A DNA stretch of 59,930 bases, counting the filler. It is 7 parts of 7 records of this genome, joined end to end, with 100 filler letters (N's around TTAATTAATTAA, not from the genome) between each part and the next. Parts side by side here need not be neighbours in the genome. Positions count along the whole stretch, not along the records: positions 18,354 to 29,464 come from SRR31156797_28919; 6 more parts are not named here. One strand, written 5' to 3'. The position numbers were made by a program, and so were the translations under genes. Under the pieces are notes generated by a model. The model saw nothing but the letters and a program-made list of their open reading frames with translations, was not told where the DNA came from and did not search any database. Below are positions 18,707 through 26,800 of the stretch, in pieces (within the stretch, counting starts at the first letter, position 1; the number at the start of each line of letters is the position of its first letter).

Positions 18707-20158
18707 CTAAAAGTTATTTATTGTCAACTGTGTTTGAACATCAACGTTGGTCTTTTCGGGCAACATGTATGACCTGAATACCGGGCACTTGCTGGCAAGG
18801 TAGTAGGCGGCTGCGCTGGTTATGACTGACCAGCCCGTGGCCGTGCAGACATAAAATATCTTCTGCCTGGGCATGATGTTTATTGAATCATAGCAGGACA
18901 GGTAAGCGATAACGCCGATGGCGAAGCAGGCCAGCGATATCAGGTTAAATCCTCCGGTATACCGATACCTTCGGTTGCCTTTGATCATGTATGCATCTTT
19001 CATCGATATTTTTTGATGCCGGACGAAAAAATAATCCGTAATAATCAAGGCCAGGATCGGGCCGACTATAACCCCCACCACGCCTAAAAACGCATTGTAA
19101 TACGTCCAGATTCCTCCCCAGAAGAGCAGGAGCAGAATAAATGAGGACCATCCAAGGCAAACCAACTTGAAGTCTGCTGTGGGCCTGAGGATTTTTGAAC
19201 TGACGGTAACGCTGTACAGATCTATGGCTGTTGTGGTCACATTGGCAATGGCCACAACAAAAACGGACATCATGCCCAGATAGGCCCCACCGAGGCTGAT
19301 GAGCCATTCTGTGGGGTCCAGGCTGACCACGCCGGTTTTTGCGGCCATGACCAGGCCGGTCATACCGCCTAAAATGACGAATCCGCCCATGATGACGCTA
19401 AAGCCAACAACATGCCCCCAATAGGATATCCTTTCGGATTTGGCAAATCTGGGGATGACCCCCAGTACCGATATCCAGGAAAGGACATAGGCCAGGTTCC
19501 ATTCAACGGCAATGCTGTATGGGGTCATGACAGACTCGGCATCAATGGGCGTCAGGTTAGTCAGCCCATTCCAAGTCATATTGTTTAACAATAGAATCAT
19601 CATGACGCCCCCCACAGCAAGGAGGCTCGGCACCATGATGCGGGTGGCCCATTTCACAACAATTGGCCCCCTGACTGCTAAAGCGGTCCCGATCACCACA
19701 CATGTTGATCCAAGCCAGGGCGTCCAGGAGGAACTGATCTCAATACCTGCCGCAGCCAGAATCTTAATGAAAGAGTTGGCATACAATTGGGCATTGATTG
19801 CAGAATAGCCCCACCCGGAAATAAAAATGAGGAAGGTCATGATCACCATGCCTTTTTCTCCAAAGATGGCCCTCATAAAGAAAAACACATCCATACCGTG
19901 ACGGCATGAAATAATGGTTAATGTATAGGCGAACAGCCCGCCTAAAATGTATACAAATAAAGTTGAAAAAACGAGTTGTTTAAAATTGAGTATGGAGGCC
20001 AGCCATCCGCCCTGCACATAGCACCAACTGGCGATGGCGTATCCCCCGGTCAGCCACACCATGTCCCAGAAGGAGTAGATGCGTTCCCCAGGGATGTTCA
20101 GGGTCGGGATGGTGCCGTAAAAGGCTTCTTTTGAAGCTGCCGAATTAATATTTTTCAT
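18707..20158 (-). CDS. NCS1-family (purine-cytosine/hydantoin permease-like) transporter
   Basis: About 12 TM segments; RAIFGEKG, ANVTT and IITDYFFVR...Y.YTGGFN motifs. Confidence 0.75.
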   Translation of the reverse strand: MKNINSAASKEAFYGTIPTLNIPGERIYSFWDMVWLTGGYAIASWCYVQGGWLASILNFKQLVFSTLFVYILGGLFAYTLTIISCRHGMDVFFFMRAIFGEKGMVIMTFLIFISGWGYSAINAQLYANSFIKILAAAGIEISSSWTPWLGSTCVVIGTALAVRGPIVVKWATRIMVPSLLAVGGVMMILLLNNMTWNGLTNLTPIDAESVMTPYSIAVEWNLAYVLSWISVLGVIPRFAKSERISYWGHVVGFSVIMGGFVILGGMTGLVMAAKTGVVSLDPTEWLISLGGAYLGMMSVFVVAIANVTTTAIDLYSVTVSSKILRPTADFKLVCLGWSSFILLLLFWGGIWTYYNAFLGVVGVIVGPILALIITDYFFVRHQKISMKDAYMIKGNRRYRYTGGFNLISLACFAIGVIAYLSCYDSINIMPRQKIFYVCTATGWSVITSAAAYYLASKCPVFRSYMLPEKTNVDVQTQLTINNF

Positions 20159-20198
20159 AATTTATTCTCTGCCGCGGCATATACCGCCATACAGCCCC

Positions 20199-20450
20199 TT
20201 AAAAGGTTGCACCCCATAGAATCAGTCCCAGCATGATGCCGGCCAGAATCCAAACGAACAGCACATCGGATAGAGGGAAGCGGGGGACAGGGGTATAATC
20301 CGGTGACTGGATTATACGGATCCGCCTGACAAGCTCTCTTTCCAGGCTCTCCTTATAAGACTCACCGGTGTCGTACCCGTCGTCCGCCTTCGCTGGTGAA
20401 CAATTCCGGCCATCTTTGCCTTTTGCGCCTATGCGTCTCTTTTCTACCAT
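20199..20450 (-). CDS. Small single-TM protein upstream of the NCS1 permease
   Basis: GGAGGGG RBS, C-terminal hydrophobic helix, in-operon spacing. Confidence 0.55.
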   Translation of the reverse strand: MVEKRRIGAKGKDGRNCSPAKADDGYDTGESYKESLERELVRRIRIIQSPDYTPVPRFPLSDVLFVWILAGIMLGLILWGATF

Positions 20451-20502
20451 GCCCCCCCTCCCTATTTTGGGTATCAGAACAGTTTATCCTGCTGTTTCAT
20501 GG

Positions 20503-21870
20503 CTACCCGGCCTCTTTAACCGCCAATGTGTCCCGTTTATCCTCTATATGGACCCTGTACCAGTATAATGGAATCGCCATCAATGTTGCGACAATTCCAT
20601 ATAAAATGTTTTTTACCCCATAAGGAATCGTCCCGACAATAAGCAGGGCCAAAAAGAAAAAGGAGGCCGCGACACTCATCCAGCAAATCAGATCGGGGGT
20701 CCTATAGGGGCGTTCAGAATCGGGAAAGTCTTTTCTCATCACCGGAACGGCAAGGCCGGCAAAGAACACCATTAAAAAATAGGAAATCCCTCCGGCAACC
20801 ACCATAAAGGTCGGCTGCTCACCGCCTGTTGTCAGCAGGAAAAGGAAGTTGACCGCATAAATGGAGACAATGGCGATGACAGGCACCTGATTTTTGCTGA
20901 GCCTGCCAAAGCATTTTGGCATCAATCCGCTCTTGGAGGCTTCAAAAAGCACCCGGGAGGCCGGCAGGAAACAGGCGTTTGCACCGATGACCAGCCCCAG
21001 GATGAGAAAGAAACCAAAGACCTTGGTAAACCACGCACCGTATACGGCATCGGCGAGGGGCAACAGGGGGGTGTACGGATCATTTAATACCACATCCAGG
21101 GGGAGAAACCAGGTCATTGACGCGCAAATAGCCAGCGTCATGACCAGCATGACCAGTGCACTTGAAGACAACGCCTTTTTGGTATCTTTTTCAGGTTTTT
21201 TATATTCGGCGATAAGCGTCAGAACCGCTTCCAAGGCACAGGCCGACCAACCGACCAGAAAACATGCACTGAGGAATACGCTGGCCGGATTGGCATCTGC
21301 CCCGTTGATCTGAACACCGGAGAAATCAGGGGAAAGGGTCGGCAGTTTGATGAATGCACCGATAATGACCAGCACGGTCAGGCCGAACAGAACAAATATC
21401 AGGCTTTGTATTTTTTCAATCAGGTCAATACTGATCAGGTTGATCAGAAAAACCCCCGTTAAAATACCGATGGCCACATAATTGATATAATCGTCGGGAA
21501 ATGGAATGAAGTATTGAATAAAATAGCTGGCAAATGCGGCAATGGCACCGACGGCCAGTCCCCACCCCGTCACATACCCCCATTGGGATATTACGGCAAA
21601 GATCGGGTGACGTTTTTTAAACCCTTGAATGATGCAGGTGGCCAGTCCGCCCGCCTTATCTGGAAACATGAGCAGAATTTCCAGCGAGGAATAGCAGATC
21701 ACGGCAATGGCCAGAACCGTACTCAACCAGGCCAAAGGCGCCCATACACCGACTTTCTCCACCGCAGGGCCGCTAAGATAGGTCCAATCGAGTATGCCTG
21801 TCAGTATAATTGACACACCCAGTTTCCAGGTTGCACTTCGTTTTAATTTTTGCGTACTATTTTCAGTCAT
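20503..21870 (-). CDS. APC-family amino acid permease
   Basis: FPDKAGG, AEYKKPEKD, SRVLFEASKSGLMP and RPYRTP; AGGAG RBS favours the ATG at 21870. Confidence 0.85.
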   Translation of the reverse strand: MTENSTQKLKRSATWKLGVSIILTGILDWTYLSGPAVEKVGVWAPLAWLSTVLAIAVICYSSLEILLMFPDKAGGLATCIIQGFKKRHPIFAVISQWGYVTGWGLAVGAIAAFASYFIQYFIPFPDDYINYVAIGILTGVFLINLISIDLIEKIQSLIFVLFGLTVLVIIGAFIKLPTLSPDFSGVQINGADANPASVFLSACFLVGWSACALEAVLTLIAEYKKPEKDTKKALSSSALVMLVMTLAICASMTWFLPLDVVLNDPYTPLLPLADAVYGAWFTKVFGFFLILGLVIGANACFLPASRVLFEASKSGLMPKCFGRLSKNQVPVIAIVSIYAVNFLFLLTTGGEQPTFMVVAGGISYFLMVFFAGLAVPVMRKDFPDSERPYRTPDLICWMSVAASFFFLALLIVGTIPYGVKNILYGIVATLMAIPLYWYRVHIEDKRDTLAVKEAG

Positions 21871-21964
21871 AATCACTCCTGGGTAACTAACGAGTTATTT
21901 TTATCCCCGCTGACGACACCCATGGATTTCCATGAAGGAAGAATGTCGCCATCGGTCTGTGGAT

Positions 21965-23437
21965 TTACCAGCGGCCGCAGTCCGCCCGCATGTCTTCGGC
22001 GGAGAGTTCAATCTTAAAGGTACTTCGAATTATGGCATCCAGATCAGGATCAATGTAAACCGGATAATGTTCTGAGAGCAGCTTTTGGGTCTTTGCCCTG
22101 GCTTTCTGTCTGATATCCGGCTCCCCTTTTCCTTTCCACTGGCTGATCAAGGTCCGGTCTGCAAACTGGGGATATTCATATTCCGACCGCATATACTTCA
22201 ATGTCAGGGGATGGTAAAGGAAATTCCCCGAGCCCTGTTTGACCACATCCGCCACCATTGAAAAGCCCAGGGTCTCTTCATTAACGACAATGCCGCGCTG
22301 GAGGCGGTTGATGAAAGAGAGCATATCCTGGTCAAGTACAAAGGCCTCAAAGGAAGCACCCATAAGGCTGCCCTGCATGCCGGCGGCCTCACCGACAAAG
22401 GTGCCTCCGCCCAAAGCGGCAAGGGCAACGGAGATGCCCTTTTCGTATCCGGATTGAACGTCGATGAGCTTGGAATCGGTCATACCGGAGGGTACCGTCC
22501 CCTCAATACCGTACCACTTGATCATCTGCGCCGCGGCAGCGGAAAGCAGCGGGCCCTCGGACGCGCCCCCTGCAAAGCCCCCGGTACGAAGGTCCGCCAC
22601 AAAAGGCCAGATCCCAAGAAGCGTGGGGTGACCCGGGGACAGCAATTGAATTGCAGCAAGGACGCCGAGGGCTTCGGCCACCGTCATTGCCAGGGCGCCG
22701 GCAAGGGTGGCCGGTGCCGCCGCACCCGACATCGGAGCGATGAGCGGGGTGACCGGATATCCTTTTTTGACCACATCCAGGCACATGGACATGTATTTTT
22801 TCTCATAGTTGAGGGGGGAGGTCGTGGGGCAGTAAATAAAGGTTACCGGAGAATCGATGCCTTTTTTATCTGTTCCGATGACCATTTCCAGAAGCTGGAT
22901 CATGGGTTCAAGCTGGGCTTGATCCGCCATGTCCACAATGGCATGTTTATTGGTTGCGGATAGAATGGCGTAAAGGGTGTTTACGCCGATGCTGCCGGAA
23001 TCCGAAATATTGGTGGCGGAGACGGGAACGTCGCCGGTAGACATTCCGGGCAGGGCGTCAAAAAGCCGGTTTAAATCGTAGAGATCCGTCAACGTGGACT
23101 CTCTGTATTCACCGGTTTTAAAATCCACCACCGAGGGCGCAACGCCGATGTGACCGAAATGGGCAAACCCGTCATAAAGTTCCACCTGGGCGCCGCCGCG
23201 GGACGGAAGCACTTTTCTTGGGACACACCCTGAAATAATATCTTCAACCAAAGATTTAGGGAAGCAAAGGCGCCCTTCATCGGATATGGTGCAGCCCTTT
23301 TCCACGGCCAGGGCTTTTAGTTCTTCCGGCGGCTTTCCCATGCCGATTTTTTCCAGAATCTCCAGTGCCGTGTGATGTACCTGCTCAATTTCGGATACAG
23401 AAAGCGGCCAGGCCAGTTTTGTCATTTCTTTTTTCAT
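21965..23437 (-). CDS. MttB-superfamily (trimethylamine methyltransferase-like) corrinoid methyltransferase, non-pyrrolysine
   Basis: PMSGAAAPATLAG, GMTDSKLIDVQSGYEK and GNFLYHPLT; no in-frame amber codon. Confidence 0.88.
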   Translation of the reverse strand: MKKEMTKLAWPLSVSEIEQVHHTALEILEKIGMGKPPEELKALAVEKGCTISDEGRLCFPKSLVEDIISGCVPRKVLPSRGGAQVELYDGFAHFGHIGVAPSVVDFKTGEYRESTLTDLYDLNRLFDALPGMSTGDVPVSATNISDSGSIGVNTLYAILSATNKHAIVDMADQAQLEPMIQLLEMVIGTDKKGIDSPVTFIYCPTTSPLNYEKKYMSMCLDVVKKGYPVTPLIAPMSGAAAPATLAGALAMTVAEALGVLAAIQLLSPGHPTLLGIWPFVADLRTGGFAGGASEGPLLSAAAAQMIKWYGIEGTVPSGMTDSKLIDVQSGYEKGISVALAALGGGTFVGEAAGMQGSLMGASFEAFVLDQDMLSFINRLQRGIVVNEETLGFSMVADVVKQGSGNFLYHPLTLKYMRSEYEYPQFADRTLISQWKGKGEPDIRQKARAKTQKLLSEHYPVYIDPDLDAIIRSTFKIELSAEDMRADCGRW

Positions 23438-23556
23438 TTTTTCCTCAATTCATCTGCATCTATATAAAATCCTTTGATCGGCCTTCGACGGTAGCGCTAC
23501 CTGTTTTTGTACCGCCACCAACCGATCCACCTCCGTTGCAACGAAAAAGCATAAGA

Positions 23557-23571
23557 ACAAGAAGCATGCCA
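23557..23571 (-). promoter_or_regulatory. Sigma54 (-24/-12) promoter for the mttB operon
   Basis: Minus strand TGGCATGCTTCTTGT versus consensus TGGCACGNNNNTTGC (correct spacing, GT at -12); adjacent gene encodes a sigma54 activator. Confidence 0.7.
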
Positions 23572-23678
23572 TATAGGCGACCAAACTTGTAACTCGCTTA
23601 ATTTACAGAATTTATGAGCCGTGTGGGGAAAAGACAAAAATGTGGTTTGTAAAACGTTGCCTGCCATTCGTCTTTTTA

Positions 23679-23854
23679 GGGACGATATATCGCCCCGCTC
23701 TTTTATTCTCCAACCTTATTCTCACTGGTAAATTTCTTTCAGCCCCCTTCTATTCAATATTTGGGATTATACAGCCATTACCCATTGATAGTATTGTCTT
23801 TGTTCTCGCGGTGCGATATATAACCCCTATTGTTAATTGGGGACGATATATCGT
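23679..23854. promoter_or_regulatory. Repeated palindromic sites GGGACGATATATCG; putative enhancer (UAS) for the sigma54 activator
   Basis: Identical 14-mers at 23679-23692 and 23840-23853 with palindromic core CGATATATCG; partial copy CGATATAT at 23814-23821. Confidence 0.65.
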
Positions 23855-23883
23855 TTTTAAATTAGTTTCAATTGGAGCGGATC

Positions 23884-26800
23884 ATGGAAATTGAAGGGTA
23901 TAGGATAGAAAAGACGCTGCTGAAAACCGGCCGGTTAAGCGTCCATCTTGCCAGCAAGGACGCCGGAACGGACCGGTTTCTTTTGAAAACGGTATTAAAA
24001 AAGAAATCGGACCCTGATTTCGAGGCCCGGCTTCTCTGCGAATTCGATGTCGCTAAAAAGGCGGCCTCCTTAAACGGGATTCTTTACCCCATCACCCTTG
24101 TGCAGAATGCAAAACTCATGGGGCTTGTCTATGCCGACGCGGATTTACTCCCCCTGTCACAATGCCTCAGTCGAGTCGAAGATAGGATCCTCTTTGCGTT
24201 GCAGGTTGGATTTCAGCTTTCCCATATCATTTTCAGACTGCACAAAGCAGGCTTTACCCATCATGAGATTTCCCCTGACACCATTTGGCTGGACCCCAAA
24301 AAACAAATCGTAAAACTGATGGGCTGCGGCATCTCAGCGGCTGTGGATAATGCGTCCAACCGATCCGGCTTCGACACCAAAGCCTATTGGCTGTATAAAT
24401 CCCCTGAACAAGCCGGCCGGCTGAGCAAAACAGTTGATCGGAGAACGGACTTTTATTCCCTGGGAGCGGTTCTTTTTACTATCCTGGCAGGCCGCCCGCC
24501 ATTTGATGGCAAAGATGCCTTCGAAGTCATTCATAGCCATATTGCCAAAAGCATCCCCGACCTAAAGGAAATTGTTCCCCAGACGCCCCCTGTCCTTTCG
24601 GATATCATCCGGAAACTGATGTCAAAATCGGCCGATGACCGGTATCAACAATCCGCAAGTATTATGGTGGATTTAAAAAGATGCTTAGATGCCCTTGCGG
24701 ACAACACGGCGATTCCAAGGTTCCGGCTGGATATACTTTTCGATTCCAATCTTTTTGAATACCCCAATGCGATTTACGGCAGGGATGCGGAGTTGGCCAG
24801 CCTTTCTGATGCCCTCGATCATGTGGTCGGAGGCGCCAGTTCATTTGCCATGGTTTCCGGATACTCGGGGGTAGGAAAAACATCTCTGATTAAATCATTT
24901 GGCGGAAACATTCCGTTGGACAAGGGATATTTTGCCGTGGGCAAATATGAACCTATTACCTCAACCATACCCTACAGCGGCATTTTAAAGGCGCTTGAGC
25001 ACATTGCCAGGCTTATTCTGATGGAAACCGACGCGGTTTATCAACGAATAAGGGAGCAATTGATAAGCGGTTTAGGAGGAAATGTCGGTGTTATCACCAA
25101 TCTTATTCCTCAGTTTGAACCCATTTTGGGAAAAGCGCCTTTCCGTTCCGATGTGGCGGTCATCGAATCGAGAAGCAGGCTTCATAAATGCATAAAAACA
25201 ATCATAGAGGTATTATGCGCCCCCAAAGAATTTATGGTTATTTTTCTCGATGACTTGCAGTGGGTTGACCAGGCCTCCCTTGAATTGATTAATAGTATTG
25301 CGGGCAGCGAAGGTCTTTTTCTAATCGGGGCCTACAGGGAAAACGAGGTCCCTTCCACCCACATCTTAAAAAAAACGCTCTCCAAAATTGAAAAAAGGGG
25401 GGTGCCGGTTAATGCCCTGTCCCTTGACGGCCTTGGCCTGAAAAATATTGAACAGATATTTAAAGAGGCCTTAAGCCTCAAAGAAAATGAATGTGCCTCC
25501 CTGGCCAGGACCGTCTACGACAAAACAGGCGGGAATCCGATTATTACAAAAGAATTCATTGAGTTGCTGGTAAAAAAGAAGCAGATTCACCTCAATGACC
25601 GGATGGAGTGGGCATGGCATATCGATGAAATAGAACGGATCGAAATAAATCAGGACCTTGATACGCTTGCCCGTCAGAAACTCAATCGACTGGAAAAGAA
25701 AACCGGTCACACTATTTCAGTTGCAGCCGTCATTGGAAACACCTTCCATGAAGATGAACTGGCCACCCAAAAGGAAACCTCCATAGAGGAAATAAGAGGG
25801 CAGCTTGAGATGGCCTGCAAGAATAATGTGCTGATTTCACTGGGAAAGGGGCTATACCAGTTTGAGCATGACAGGTTGCAGGAAGCGGCCTATAAAATGA
25901 TACCGGATCATGAAAAAGAGCAGATCCATCTCCGACTGGGCAAATCCATTGCCAAAGATGCGAACCGGGACAAAAACAACATTTTCAGACATATCACCCA
26001 TCTGAATTTTGCCCACCACCTGATGAACGAAAAAAATGAAAAGATTCAACTGGCGAGGCTGAATCTGACCGCCGGGAAACAGGCCAAAGATGTTGCCGCC
26101 TTTAGTGAGAGTTACAGGTATTTTATCACCGGCATCAAGATTTTGGGAGAACGCGCCTGGGAGCAGAGTTATGCCCTTACCCTGGAGCTTTATTTCCAGG
26201 CATCTATTTTAGCCTATCTGAGTGGTTCTTTTGAAGAATCCGAACAGATGTCCCAGGCCATTATCCAAAATGGGGTGACGGATATCGACAGAACGCTGGG
26301 CTATGAGGGCCAGATCGAATGTGCCATCTTTTTGGACAACCCGGATAAGGCCGTTCGGGTACTGCTTCACGCGCTGAACCGCTTGGGTATTTCAATGCCA
26401 TCTCCGGAATCCCGTGAAGCGGTCATTAAAGAGACCTTAAAGCTGAAAAAAATAGCCCATTTGATCCTGGAAGTCCCCTGTTCCCAAGTCAGCCCAATGA
26501 CAGATACCAAATTCCAGACGGTGATGCGGCTTCTGGGCTATGGGGTAAAGGCAACCGGGTGGCATGATTATCTATACTATTGGATTTTTGTGGGCAAGAT
26601 GCTGAAGATCACCCAGGAGCATGGATTTACCGATGAATCAGCATTCGGACTGGTGGCGGCGGGAGGCGCTTTTTGTCATCTGCTTGAGGAATATTCCCTG
26701 GGCCGCCGGGTGGCGGAGTACGGTCTGGAATACATAGAAAAAAGCAAGAGCACGAAGTGGCACCTGGACGCCCAGACCTACTTTCATGAAGAGATCACCT

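Noticed and set aside
21965-23437. Pyrrolysine (amber) readthrough in the MttB homologue
   Set aside because: The ORF is uninterrupted and has Met at the equivalent position.
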